NCBI GenBank assembly: GCA_958009085.1
Contig: OY253672.1
Span: forward strand, 496,001 to 560,000
Origin: Protoeuglena noctilucae
Taxonomy: Eukaryota
Length of the DNA stretch: 64,000 nt
Direction: 5' to 3'
Position 1 is the stretch's first letter. Every line of letters starts with the position of its first letter. Shown piece by piece: positions 51,601-64,000 of the stretch. The position numbers were made by a program, and so were the translations under genes. The notes under the pieces were generated by a model that worked only from the letters and a program-made list of their open reading frames with translations, was not told the origin of the DNA and did no database searches.

Positions 51601-54100
51601 CCCCCTCTACTTCGCTGTGCACGAGGGCCACCAGGTCTTCGAATCGGATGTCCCCCCACGCCACGCCCCTCCGCCGCTCCACGCGCCTCGCCAAGGCAAA
51701 CACCTGTGCCACCTGCAGCGTCCCGGACGGCGCCAGGCGGGCCCTGAGCCCACTCTCCGCAAAGACCTCGAGTGGTGGGGACTCAATGGTCGCACGATAC
51801 CACTCCGCCGGCGACGTCAGCAGCGCCGGGCGGCACTCGACGTGGATAAGCACATCGATGAATTCGGACCATGGGTACTCCAATAGCACGTTCCCGAGCC
51901 CGTCTGCCTCGTCGGCCCACAGCCGCAGCACGGAGGGCGGCAAGCGCTGCAGTTCCCTCGGCATAGGGTCGAGCACGTGGCGCAATAACAGGTGCACGGC
52001 TTGGCCCAGGTCCTGCATCAGCGCCGCCAGCACCTGCTCCCCCGGCGCTAAGAGGCCGAAGAGCGCGTCGATGCGAGCGGGGTCAGACAACATTGCGCGT
52101 AGGTGGTGGGGCGGGACGTCCTGCAGCCGCGTCGCGCCCGCCTCGTGCGCCAGTTTCGCTGCCAGATCCGCGCTCGAGAAGAGTCCGCCGGAGTCGATGG
52201 CCGCGCGGATGTCGTCCAGGCCACGCAGCGTCTGGACCTGCAATGCAGGGTAGGGCACTTCGCACTTGATGAATGATGAATGTGTCACATGGCGTGGGTG
52301 GGTATCATGTATGCAGAGACAGCTAGCTCTGCAGGCATGCATGCGCGCGTGTGTGAAATTTCCCCATAGTGACCTCCGCCCTCGCCTGCATCGCCGTCGC
52401 CAGCGTGGACACCTGCGGCAGGGAAACGAACGACGTTCCTTAATATTTCACGATTCCATTTAATAAGCACAACTTGCATGATTATCCACCCGAATGCCTC
52501 GTCTCGCCTGCGTCTTGATCTTCTCCGCAAGCTCTTTGAGGCCGTCGACGTCCATGGACGCCTTCAAGAAGCGCCCCAGCCACGTGCGGCCCTCGACCTC
52601 GCCCACCAGCGTCGCCGCCTCCTCCAAAAGATCTGCGAGAACATATCGTGTATTGTCGGCATGGAACGAAGCTCACTGTGCACTGCAGTGCAGGTGCGAC
52701 TCGGCATGACAATCGGACGGTGCTTGTACGTCATGCAAGCATGACACAGACCAGCACTGCCACGACTCGCATCTGTCCAACATCACCCACTTGTGATCTC
52801 CAGCAGCACTTTGTTGCTCCTCCGCACGACAGCATGGGCCTCCACCACGACCTCCGCCACAGCGACCACCACGGCTCGGAAGTCCTGCAACGCCGCCTTC
52901 ACTGCCACCGCCTGCGTGCATGGCAGTGATAAGGGATGCTCTTACCCACCTCACCCATCCCCGCTCTTACCCACCTGCCCTCACCCACATCGCCCATCCC
53001 TGCCCTCACCTCAGCAATGCCTTGCACCCACCTACCAGCTGCCCTCACCTCGGCCACTCCCGCCCTCACCCACCTCCCTCACCCCATCCCTCACCTCGGC
53101 AATGCCCTGCACCCACCAGCTGCCCTCACCTCGGCCACTCCTGCCCTCACACGCTGCCCTCACCTCAGCAATGCCTTGCACGACCCGGGACGCCACCTCC
53201 GCGAGAGGCCCCACCAACGGCGCCGACGCGAGCACCTCGAGTGCCTGCATGCCACCCCGGCTCAGGATGCGCAAGATGTCGCCTGTCACCCTGTTCTCCT
53301 GCAGGCGCAGACGAGCAATGCGGTGTGACGGCTCCCGTGAAAGCTGGTGAGGTCATTATGAGGCGTGGAGGAGATGCCGGGCGTCAGACACTCAGGACAT
53401 GTCGCATATAGACAGGGTGGATGAGCTCACGCATGTTAACGCTGTTGCAAGTCACACCTGAAGGAAGGTCAGCACCGGTCCGGCCAGCGGTTCCACGACA
53501 CCCAAGAGCTTCTGCGCCTCCGCCACGCGCTCCTGAGCCGCGGAGGACAGCTCCGACACCGCATCGAGCGCTTTATCGGTGGCATTGGCTGGCGGTGGGT
53601 CCGAAATCGCCGTGACTGGGTCGGGAGCGGGGGCGACCTTGCTGCGGGCGTGTCGATAGCGCTTGGATTCCGCAGGGTCTCCGTTCGCAACCGCCGGGTC
53701 TCTTGGAACTACTGCGACGTCATCACGGGACGCGTGGGCGGGAGGGACCGTGGATAGCGCAGATTTCCCCTCGCTGGCCATGGCCATGCACAGAGCGTCC
53801 ACAGCGCAGGCGTCGCGGAGCCCGGAATCCCGCAATCGCTGTCGGAGAACTCCCGAAGCGTGATACTCTCGCAACAGACCGATGGTGAGGCCACCCGTCG
53901 CGAGAGCGCGGAGCACGCGGGCGTCATGTGCAAGGCGCTGGTTCTGCGCACAGAGGCGGAAGCGAACCGTATTTGCAACTTGAGGAGAGAGAGGACAAAC
54001 GCGCGAAGCTCTCCGAGCTCTGTAAACTCTGTATCCTATGTCTTACCCAGAGAATGCAATATATCTCGGGGTCCACGGGAGTGCTCGCGCCACACCCCAT
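45648..54100 (-). CDS. NLR-like STAND protein: MGCGAS acylation motif, MLKL-NTD-like helical bundle, NACHT NTPase, WD40 repeats
   Basis: GTRAWLL pre-motif, Walker A ALP|GMGKT, GHF, IVKSLACQV, Walker B MVILIDALDE, LLVTSRPE, SAGVFAYV, PFHKSVLDWL; multiple GH..WD-type repeats at 45700-48290. Confidence 0.9.
52975..53181. repeat. Tandem array of degenerate copies of an exon-end/donor unit (GCCCTCACCTC[AG]GC..) in an intron of the NLR-like gene
   Basis: gccctcacctcagcaatgcc and gccctcacctcggccactcc units recur at ~53002, 53041, 53088, 53122, 53156. Confidence 0.85.
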
Positions 54101-54354
54101 TCGAAAGCCCAGCGGGGAAGGCAGCGCCGGGGCACGGCACAGACCACCCACTGGCAGTATGCACGCGCAGTCTCGGGCACAGATGCGTGGTCCCGCGTCG
54201 TGCAGCACAGGTCCGCATGCCAGTCGAGGACTGCAGTCGCAAGGGCGCTCGTGCGAGGGTGCAGAGGCAATTTTCGCATCCTTAAGTATCATTTTCTCCC
54301 GATTGGCAAGCACTCGGAGGTTTTTGTGCTTCGGTCGCGTTGAAACCCGTCGCG

Positions 54355-55248
54355 ATGAAGCGCTTCATGAGCGCGGCGGCAGGGGCGCGGGTGGACACGG
54401 CCGCTAACCTGGTGGAGATGAGGGAGATACTCTTCAAGCCGGCGCGATTGCGAGAGTACCTGCAAACCCAATCATCGGGCCAGCATCTGGCTCGTAACCA
54501 GGAGCCGGGTCTTCTCGGTCACTTCGTGAGCGTGTTGGGCGGTTCTACTTCCAAGGTCGTCACGATACACGCTTCGGACGACCTGGAGGCCAGGTGCGGA
54601 CATTCAGGTTGGCGCAAATCGAAGTGCCGAGCAAGCCAGCCTCTCTATCGAGACACCCACCACCCACTCGGCCGCAGGGTGGCGAGCCCAGCCGACGCCC
54701 CCGCCCTCGCGCGCGACCAGACTTCGGCCATCCTGCTGGAGGCGCTGGACTGCCACGAGGCCGGCGGGGCGTGCCGCGTCCGCGACTTCCAGACACCTCC
54801 CGACGGCGAGTGCCGTACCTCCCCTGCGCCCGCGCTCTGTCTTATACAAATGCCATATCGCGCAACGACGCCGCTCCATCGTCGCATAGTACCCGACCTC
54901 ACTCTCACAGCAGGTGCGGCTCGGCCGGTCTATGAGATGCGACAATATCAGCTGCACCCGGGTTACGGCAGCGTGCCCAAGCTGCGGGAGATTTTCCTAG
55001 AGGGCCTGCCTCACAAGGTCGCCGCGGACCCCACGGGGCGTCTCGTGGGGTTCCTTTACACGGACTTCGGGACGCTGAACCGCGTGGTGGAGCTGTGGCG
55101 GTACCCATCCGCCCAGGCGTGCATTGATGCGCGCCAGGCGGCTCGCAGGGTGCAGCCCTGGCGCGAGTGCATCGGCAAGGTGACGCCGGGAGTGCAGCAC
55201 TTCACCACAGAGCTGCTGGCGCCCACCCCCCTGTCGCGGTGGAAGTGA
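54355..55248 (+). CDS. NIPSNAP-family protein
   Basis: VYEMRQYQLHPG, GFLYTDFGTLNRVVELWRYPS, LLAPTPLSRWK; two stop-free introns (54594-54677 and from 54806). Confidence 0.88.
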   Translation: MKRFMSAAAGARVDTAANLVEMREILFKPARLREYLQTQSSGQHLARNQEPGLLGHFVSVLGGSTSKVVTIHASDDLEARCGHSGWRKSKCRASQPLYRDTHHPLGRRVASPADAPALARDQTSAILLEALDCHEAGGACRVRDFQTPPDGECRTSPAPALCLIQMPYRATTPLHRRIVPDLTLTAGAARPVYEMRQYQLHPGYGSVPKLREIFLEGLPHKVAADPTGRLVGFLYTDFGTLNRVVELWRYPSAQACIDARQAARRVQPWRECIGKVTPGVQHFTTELLAPTPLSRWK

Positions 55249-55447
55249 CGAGCGGGGATGTTGCCGCGATGAAGCAACGATGTGATAGAGGCAGATACTA
55301 GTGCACTGCACTTGAGGGTGATATGGCAGCGGTAGGTGTTACATTCAAAGTGCGTGTTTCTCGAGCAACAGATATGGCGACCATGTGCCAGTCATCGGCA
55401 CCAGACACTGACGTTGACAGAGCAGCAGCTGCTTCTAGGTGGCACTC

Positions 55448-57581
55448 CTATGGCCGCAGGGATGTCTCGCTGGTGCGGCCGGCGCGCTTCTCGTTTCGCT
55501 CCCCGTCCCCTTGCACCGCCCTGACGACCAGCCTCACGAAGGCAAAGAGGATGGCTGCCGTGCCGGCCGCCCAGCCCACGAGAGCCAGCGCGAACAGGAG
55601 CTGCGGGCAAAGCACGATCTGGGGTCCACAGCCATGATAGCAAGCGCAACGAGCACTTGTGGGCAGCCCACTTGCTGCCGCACGACCGCACTGCTTGCGC
55701 CGTACCAGCCAGCTGTGCGGGTGGGTGGGCTTGCAACCATCACCTGTGCGATGAGGAGGCTTGCGTTGTTGCTGCCCATGGCGACACCGAACGACTCCGG
55801 GGGTCTCTTTGCGTAGATGTCCGCAAGCATAGCACGGTCGGCAAAGAAGCCGACAGCCAAGAGACCCCACACGCCGCATACGCCGTGCACGGCTGCAACG
55901 TCGAGAGGATCGTCGATGGCCATGACGATGGATGCGAACTTGGCTGCCCAGAAGTAGACGAACCCGCCGATGCAGCCAATGGCAATGGCCGCCCAGGGCC
56001 TGACGACGGCGCAGGAGGCGCTGATGGATACCAGACCTGGGTGAGTGGGTAAGGGTGGCTAGTGGGCTATGGGGCAGGGAGTGTGAGTTGGGAGGGGAGG
56101 GCCGGGAGGGTGTGCTGCATGGGGCAGCGACGGCAGCGAGGGTGAGCTGCACGGGGCAGGGAGGGTGAGTGGAGAGGTGTCACCTGCCAAAGCTCCATTG
56201 CAAGTCCGACTGGCCTGCGTCGTCTCTGACCACTCGTCAGAGAACCAGCAGCCCCAGAGGGCAGCCGTGGCAAGGCTCGTGAGGGCGCCCGCCGCCGCTG
56301 ACAGAGCCGTGGCGACGCCAATCTCGGCGACCGCGACGCTGTCCGGGTGGCTGGGCAGCCCCGGCGCCGCGCTGGCGTTGAGCCCGAACCACGCGAACCA
56401 CAGGAGCAGCGTACCGATGACGGTGAGCGGACCCGACGCTATTGTCGCCACGTCACCCCCAGCCCCGCTGGGGGCCTCTCCCCGCTCGCCCTTGTCGCTG
56501 TCGCTGCCCTCGGGTGCGTCGAGGCGAGCGGGGCGCATCCACGCAGCCACGAAGGCCGTCGCGCCACCGACCACATGGATGACGCCCGCACCGGCGAAGT
56601 CCACAGCGCCAGAATTGATGAGCATCTCGTCCAACTGTGAATGCGAACGATCAGTGTCTGTGAGACATGGCAGCCTGCACGAGCAGGGCCTGTGCGCACG
56701 ATGCATGGCGGGCTGCTCACGTTCGCTGGGGATGCCCAGCCATCGACGTTCCACACCCTGTGGGGCGAGACGGAAGCTGCGTGTATGAACATGGCAGCAG
56801 AAGACGACTGCGCGTTTGGATAGTCCAGCTACGCACGCGTTGCTGCAAGAGGTACCGATGCTGCAAGGCACGATGTGGGCAGGTGCAGCCCTTCTCACCA
56901 GTGTGTGGCGAACGGGAAGACGATCATGGAGAGGAACAGCGACGTGAGCATGTAGAGAAGGGGCCCGTTGGCCCTCAGGGCGCTCGCGGCGACCGCCACG
57001 GCAGTCGTAGCGCGGACAGCGTTGACGAAGAAGGCCATGGCGCGCGCGTGGAACTCGCTTTTGAAAGGCGTCCCGATGCCCGTGAGGAAGAAGTGGTCGT
57101 TGCCCAAAAAGTGCCCGGCATCGTTACCAAAGCTGCGCAGGGAGGCAATGGGCAGGGTGTTGCTCCTCGCTGCTGTGCGTGAAACCGCGATGGTGAGCAC
57201 GGAGGGCCTCAGCCTCACCTGAACGCATAGCCGCACAGGTACCAGCCCAAAATGCCAGCTGCGAATGCCATGAGGAGCCCGTGAACCGCCCGCGTTGCCT
57301 CTGAGGACGACCTGCGCAGAGGCACGGGCTTGCAGCTTCGCCTTCGTTCAGCCAAGCCGAGCAGGCTCAAACTCGGGCAACTTCATAACGTACCTGGTTG
57401 CAGCTATCAACCGGAGGCCAAAGCCGGCCTGCATCGCGCAGGCAAGGACGATGAACGTGAAAACATTGGTGTCGTGGCTGGTCCCGTCGCCGAGGCTCGA
57501 CATGGGGTATGACGGCTGACTACCCGCATGAGAAGACTTTGGATGCCACAGAGATTCGCTGAGTATGTGGGACTTCGCCAT
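55448..57581 (-). CDS. Ammonium transporter (AMT1-like), divergent
   Basis: MQAGF, DFAGAGVIHVVGG, GTLLLWFAWFGLN, CNGALAGLVSISA, IDDPLDVAAVHGVCGVWG; start at 57581 or 57503. Confidence 0.9.
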
Positions 57582-58068
57582 CCATGGGGCTTTCCTGGAG
57601 TGACAGTGGCGTCATGCCAGCCTACGCTCTGCTCTTGCCCAGACCTCGACTCGTAGCGCTCGACGTGAACGGCGAGCAAAGCGCACGCAGCAGGAGCTAT
57701 GGTTCGACCAAGCGCGTGAGACGCTGGGCTACTAGCTCAGGCACAAGCCCGAGGGTCCTCTAAATGGATGCTTACGATCTATAACGCGTCGGCCCTTAGA
57801 CGACACGAGTGAGCGGAGAGGTGAGAGGCTGTTGCGTGATGTCCGCCACGCTCTGTCTCGGAGCGAAGGCGGCCGGAGCTGCTTTTCTGCAGCGTGGCTA
57901 CCTCAAGGAGCAGCCCGTCACGCCCGGGGCCGCTCGGCTCGATTTCCAGCAATATTATGTCCGACTCTTGCGTTCTGTGCAGCTTTGGGTCTCCTCGACG
58001 CGGCCCCTAGGCTTACGCGCGAGCAGCTGCACCCCGTCCCGATCTCATGTGCCGGTTGGCGGGCCAGG

Positions 58069-59066
58069 ATGATCGGGTCTCTGTTTCTGCTCATCTCCTG
58101 GGCGACCTTCGCCCTCCTTTCCTGGGTCAAGTACCGCAAGGAGGCTCGGACTCTGGCGCTCGGGAGCATCGGGGGGACGGGGGCGCTGACGCTGCTGGCC
58201 CTCCTTCTGATCCGCTCCTCGGCCCTCTTCGCCCTCCTGGACGGCGCCTTGCTGGGATCCGTGGCGTATTTCATATGGCAGGACCTGCAGGAGGAGAGCA
58301 AGCGGCAGGCGCATGCATCGGACGAGGAGCGGGTCGGCCGCAACCGCGTGCGCTCCGTCATTCGCCTCACGCGCGACACGACCGACACGATCGATCGGGA
58401 GAAGAACCGGCGACTGAAAGCCGTCGGATTCAACGTGACGGAGCGGCTCCGGTCGCAAGTCGTGGCGGCGCGCGACTTTCTGCTGGCACAAGAGCCCACG
58501 GACGAAGTGGCGGTGTTTAGCGAGCGGGAGACGGACCGGATGCTGTCCGTGCTGCGGGAGACGCTCTACTCCGTCACGGCCCAGGTCGAAAAAGTGCGGA
58601 TGCCCTGGGTGAGCCTCGGCACAGCGGCGTGCCCCCACAACGAGCGCAGCAGCATTGTTAACATCACTGCCATCAGCTCAATGGGCAGTGCGAGTCATGA
58701 ACCGACGTCTCCCGTCGCAGTCGGTATGCTACGCGCCCGCATCTCTGGGCGACGACCTACAGAACCTGACTCAGGACCTGATGCGCACCACAGCCGACCT
58801 CGAGCGCCACGTCAGGGCTCGGGCCCAGGCAAGTCCTCATCAGAGCTGCCGCGATCGTTGTTATCATCCCACACAGCCTGTACATTCTCACAATTTCCAC
58901 CATGGCGCATCCCAAATGACACCCAAGCAGCGCCCAAGCAACCCCAGCGCTTGCGGCGTCTAACCGCCCGTGCCTGTGCTTTGTGCCGCAGCAACGGGAG
59001 AGGAGCGACCCATCCCTGCTGGCCCAGACGAGGCACTTCGTCCGTGACGCCCTACCGTGGTCGTGA
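58069..59066 (+). CDS. Small uncharacterized protein with about three N-terminal transmembrane helices
   Basis: Hydrophobic MIGSLFLLISW..AYFIW followed by a charged helical region; donor near 58609 splices in phase to exon 58992-59066 ending TGA. Confidence 0.6.
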
Positions 59067-59290
59067 AGGATCTGAGTTGGCCGTGGCCGCCTTGGTGGTT
59101 GGGGACCAATCGCAAAGTCGTGGTTCGCGACGCCAGCGACACGATTGAAGGGTCTGGCAACGGCACAGGGGTGCACAGCATGCCATGACCACTGACCCGC
59201 CATGCTGGCTAGGTAGATGACACGGCAGCCACTCGCACTGCCCCTGCTACATCTTAAGCGACAAGCTACCACCCTCCTTTACGACCCACG

Positions 59291-62200
59291 TCACAAGGGC
59301 AATAAATGCGCCCCCGCCTTGGCAGCCACCCGCTCCCTGCGCCAGAGGACGAGTGTGGTGGTCGACAGAGCCAAGCAGGTCACTGCACTGGGCCACGAGG
59401 CACCGAACCAATGAGCATGTACATGTACATGCTCATTGTGCACTTGCCACACGCACCCGTAGTACGTGACAGCCAGGCAGACGATGAAGAGCGCCAGGCC
59501 GCCCAGCAGAGACCCAAGCTCCGTGGCCCTGTCGCTCCGAAGGTAGAGCTCGGTGGATGGGTTGACGGGCCACCGCGCCTCCGCATAGACGGTGCCGTTG
59601 CCGGCGCCCACCGACCATCGACCCGTCTGCACGCGGGGGTGTCCAGAGCGGCACGAGATGCTGGCGACCACCATGATGAGTCAGCGACATCCAACAGCAC
59701 TAACGCATGCACCAATGCCGCCAGTCCCATCTCCCACACTCCTCACCTGGTCGTTGAAAGACAGTCGCGACGAATAGGCCGGGACGTATGCCAGAGACAC
59801 CGTGTAGCACTGCCCGGCCCCGTCAGGGTACGCCTGGTTGCTAAGCCACCCAATACACGCCTGCCCTTCCCCGCAAGGGTGGACACCCGCCTGGTCGCAC
59901 TGCTGCCCCGTGCCCTGGCCCAAAACGGAACCGAAGTAGTTCCATACCAGGCGAACGCCGTCCGCCTTCTGCGGGGGCAGGGCCATCCATGGTGCAACCA
60001 TGATGCATGAGTGCTGAGTGCTGCCAGTGTTAATCGCACACAGCGCCCAGCGCACTCTGGTCCAGGTGCAAACTGTTCTAAAAACAGAATTACAGCATGT
60101 CATACATACCCCATGCTCCGTCGCCCTCACCATGTAAGGGCTCTGGGTGTAGGCCTCCATGCCGTGCGTTGCGATGTACGCCTTGTCCGCTTCGTAACCT
60201 AGGACCCCCACGACGCCCGGCTCTGTGAAAATGGGGTCCAACAAGCTCTGCGGTGAGAGGGTCAGGGGGCTAGTAAGATACAGTAACCCACAGAGTGCTA
60301 TTGCAACTGCAACTGTAAGACAGTCCACACAGCCCTCAGTGTACGGGAAGGGTTATCAAGCAATAGAATCGGTGCCACGTTCTCTGTCAGGCTGCCTCGC
60401 CTGCGCCAGGGGCTGGCAGACGCTGCTGTAGATGCCGAGCGTCAGGCACGCCGCGGCCTGCTTGGCGACCGTCCCTGCCTGACCACAGTCGACCGTGACC
60501 CCCGCATTGGGCGCCACCAGGTCCACCACCGCCTTCGCCACGGTGCACGCCAGGGCACCCATGGCATCATAGTCCAAATCCACTGCGTGGGAGGGAGGCA
60601 AGGGTGCAGGGCTTGTCTTCCAACAACTTCCAAAGCAAGCACATGCCATAGCATGCATCGTGCATGATACGCTGGGAGCACAGCTGCGAGCAACAGCGGC
60701 GCCGCGCTTCACCAGTAGCTGGCAGGCCGCTGTATCCGAGCACGGTGCGGTCGGTGCCATAGACGAAGCAGTCGCCCGGGCACGCGCTGTCGTAAGAAGA
60801 GGCGAAGGCGTCGTAGCGGAGTCGCGAAGCGTAGTCGGAGAGGTGCAGGGCCGGGACGGAGGCGAACGCGGGGTTTGACAGGAAGGCATGGGCGGCACTA
60901 AGCGAAGGGAGGCCCTCAGCCGTGGTCAGGGTGACCCCGCCCCCGCCGCCCGTCGCGTGCGCATTGAGGGCAGCGAGTACGGCAGACGGCTGCGCGAGGG
61001 ACGTCGCGGACGTGGGCGGCACGTGGGCGGCGAACTGGGCCGCGCCATTGCTGGCGTGGGTGGGGAGGCCCGCCATGCCGATGTCCATCAGAGCCCAGAG
61101 ATCAGAGACGGGTACGTCCAGAGCGGCGGGACCCTGCGCAGCCATCTCCTCCGCCAGCCGCTGCGAGCCCAGGCGGCCCCACATCTCCCCGCTCAGCGCG
61201 GCAAACACGACCCTGCGTGAACGTTGGACCGCTTCACAGCCCACCCCAACCACCCGCATGGCCCCATGCAGTGATCAGCGAGGTGGTGACCTGCGCTGGA
61301 AACTCGCTGCCGGCGTGTTCTTGAGAGCGGCACCCACGGCAGCCGCCGCCGCCATCAGCACATAAGCCCCCGACATGGCCTCTGCACCACCGGGAGCATT
61401 GTACCACAACGTCCTGGCATCCATCGCTGCCGTGACGAGTAACGTCGGAAGAGACCCCGCGGATGGCCCTGGCAGGGCCGCAGCCACTGAATGGCCCCCC
61501 ACGGGGTCGCAGAGGTCTGCCGCAAGGCATCGTGAGGCGTTCAGGCTGGGCGATGGGCCCATGGGCATCGAGATGTCCGCCACCTGGAGCTCTCCTCGGT
61601 ACCCCTTGGCGTGGTTCTGAGATTCGAGCGCCTGCGGGCGGCGAGAGGTGGGGTGGAAACATCATGTTGGGTCGTACCCCTGATATGCAAGCGACGGGCG
61701 CTACGCGGGGAGTACCACGGGCAGATGCCCACGCACCTGGGCTTGAGGGCCCGAGGCGAGGCCTAGGCGGACGACGGGCACTCCGAAGAACGTGTTTAGC
61801 AAATCCTGCCCTGCCGGGTTCACATCCGCGTCCGTTGGCAGCGCTGCGGCGACCGTGGAGGCCGCGAGTGGCTCCGGCGCGGCCGGGGAGGAGGACGCCG
61901 CGGAGTTGGATGCGTTCGTGAGGACGAGGACGGCGGTGATGTGGGATGCGAGCGCGGCGTCGGCCGCGGAGAGCGAGCTCGGGTCAGATGCGTACGAAGC
62001 CTGCGTGCATCGCTGGCGGACGTCGCCCCTGGCCGGTCGAGATTTGCAGCGCAACAGGTGAACTTACAAAGAATCGCGCGGGCTCACCAGGATCCTCAGC
62101 AGCGGCGCGAGCGTGGCATCATCGACCAGGGCTGCAATCGGCTCCTCGCTCCGCACCGTGTGCGGCAGCGACGGCACGGACTCGATCGGTGCAACCACCC

Positions 62201-62511
62201 TGCCGACCTCAGGATCCTGCGCCGACCATGGCGTAGGCCGTTTGCGACGTGACGCGCGCGCACCACCTGGCATGAAACCTTCATGAGAATGTGAGTCCCT
62301 GGCGGCGTCGTTTGTGCAGCCGAGTTACCTCCCTGACAGCGCAGCCGACAGGTCCGGTCTCGGAGAAGCGCAGGACGCACGTGCCACCCTCCCAAGCGAA
62401 CCATGTCATCGCATCACGAAGCGCATTGACCGTGGTCGCCTCGGTCGCGCCGCGCGCCACGCAAATGAGCACAGCGGCGACCGCGACGAACAGACATACG
62501 AGACGCGCCAT
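59291..62511 (-). CDS. NCSTN: Nicastrin (gamma-secretase subunit)
   Basis: Signal peptide; CVLRFSETGPVGC; NPAGQDLL; CDPVGGHSV; LLVTAAMDA..PGGAEAMSG; VVFAALSGEMWGRLGSQRL; YVPAYSSRL; YAEARW..LYLRSD followed by a C-terminal TM helix. Confidence 0.9.
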
Positions 62512-62958
62512 CACATCATCGCCATGTCCCAACTGATGCTAGAGCCAAGCCCCAGCGGACTCCATCACAGTTCACAGCTCATGCGCGTTGCCCAGGACCA
62601 TAACAGCAGCGCTAGGCAATGTCCCGGGGTCGGAGTGAGCCACGGGAGTGCATGCACTGAGTGGCAGTGAAGCGACTGGCCAGTCTCGGATCTGGCAAGC
62701 CGCCAGAAGATTCGAACCCAGCTGTCGCAGCGATTTAGGACGCTCCGCCCCTCTGCGCGTCCCATCCGCGTGCCCTGCATACGTGCGTGAGCATTCACTG
62801 ACATTGCGTGGCCCATGGCGGACGAAACCGCGGCGGGGACGCCCATACGGCGGTGCGATGTCCTGCACGCTGGCGCCTCTGTCGCCTGCGCCTCCCTCCC
62901 TCAACTGCCACGCAAACCCCATCACACACTTCTTTAACGACATTGTCCCTGCAGGCCC

Positions 62959-64000
62959 ATGGAAGGCGCCGAGAGGGGCGCCGACGCGACGCCCCTGACG
63001 GTCCGCGGCACTCCCCCTACGGCCTCGGCGCAGGGGTCGCTTTCCGACTCCACAAACCTCCCCAAGGCCGCGAAACGGAGGAAAACTATCGCATCGAGTC
63101 CGGCGGGGCCGCTGTACGGTGTGCCAGTCACGGGAGGCAAGGGGCGTTGGGAGCGCCTGACTTTTGAAGACGGCGCCCCGCCCGCGCGGTGGGGCGCGGC
63201 CTCGTGCGTCCTGGAGAGGACCGGAGAGGTGACGCGCAGCGCAGCAGGCGGGCCACGCCGTGCGAGTCGCTGAGCAGGCTGCATATGGCACGCAAGCGTG
63301 GTCGCATGCAGGCCGCGAAAGTGGTGGTGGTGGGGGGCGAGGGGGAGGCTGGGCATCTGGGCGACACGTGGATGTTGGACCTATTGACGATGCGCTGGGA
63401 GGAGGGGGCGCTGGCGACCGGGGACGGGGGTGGATGCGCGTGGCACACGCTGTTCGTCGCTGGGACGCCCGACGCGCCCCAACTCATGACCTTTGGGTGA
63501 GCATGCGGCATGCAGCCACATGCCCGCGATGCACTCCTTGCGTGCACTGCGCCTATGGAAACGCCATGTGCCACGTGGGCCCTCACAGAGGCGAGCGGGG
63601 CTGCCGCATGGCCCCTGGGACTGGGACAGAGGAGGACGGGCAGGACGCGCCGGCAGAGGTGCTGAACGACATGGGCGCCTTTGACTTCGACTGCACGTTG
63701 TGGTACTTCCCGCCCATCGCACACGAGGACGACCAAGGCGTGGTGCCGGCCCGGGCGGGCCACACTACGACGGTGTTGTCAGACGGTCGCGTGCTCGTGT
63801 TTGGGGGTGTGGACAGGCAGGGAGCCTTCACGAACCAGGTGTTCATGTTCCACCCGGCCCTGCTCCGGTGGGAGAGCCCCAGCCGGCAGGAGCTGAGGGG
63901 CGCACCTCCCAAGGCCCGTGCCTATCACACAGCCGTGCAGCTGGGACGCCGGCTGGTGGTGTTCGGGGGCACCGGCAAGGCCACGTGGAGCATGCGGGAG
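62959..64000 (+). CDS. Kelch-repeat protein, 3'-truncated by window edge
   Basis: PPARWGAA, VVVVGG..LGDTWMLDL, PARAGHTTT..VLVFGG, PKARAYHTAV..LVVFGG; basic NLS-like KRRK. Confidence 0.88.

Overview
Gene-dense, GC-rich, intron-rich eukaryotic nuclear DNA, most consistent with a green alga (Chlorophyta; inferred from PSA2, DUF1997 and multidomain TPPP). About 18 spliced genes could be assembled by hand: acetyl-CoA synthetase (3' part), EF-hand/triple p25-alpha TPPP, NAA35/MAK10, VPS11, PSA2, DNA polymerase kappa, a DExH1/DHX36-like helicase cut by a 200-N gap, ubiquitin-RPL40, a large unknown protein, a 2H cyclic phosphodiesterase, a DUF1997 protein, a C2/coiled-coil CCDC33-like protein, an NLR-like NACHT-WD40 protein, NIPSNAP, a divergent ammonium transporter, a small membrane protein, nicastrin and a Kelch protein (5' part). 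Most notable: (1) roughly 30 gene-body introns carry near-exact 16-50 nt copies of their own exon/intron junction, inside introns polarised G-rich 5' and C-rich 3'; (2) an N-acylated MLKL-like 4-helix-bundle/NACHT/WD40 immune-receptor-like gene; (3) frequent GC-AG introns; (4) two in-frame TAG codons inside otherwise coding-looking last exons; (5) an AMT with both Phe-gate residues apparently substituted. Exon boundaries and alignments were made by eye and need RNA-seq and HMM confirmation. No RNA genes, CRISPR arrays or transposases were recognised.
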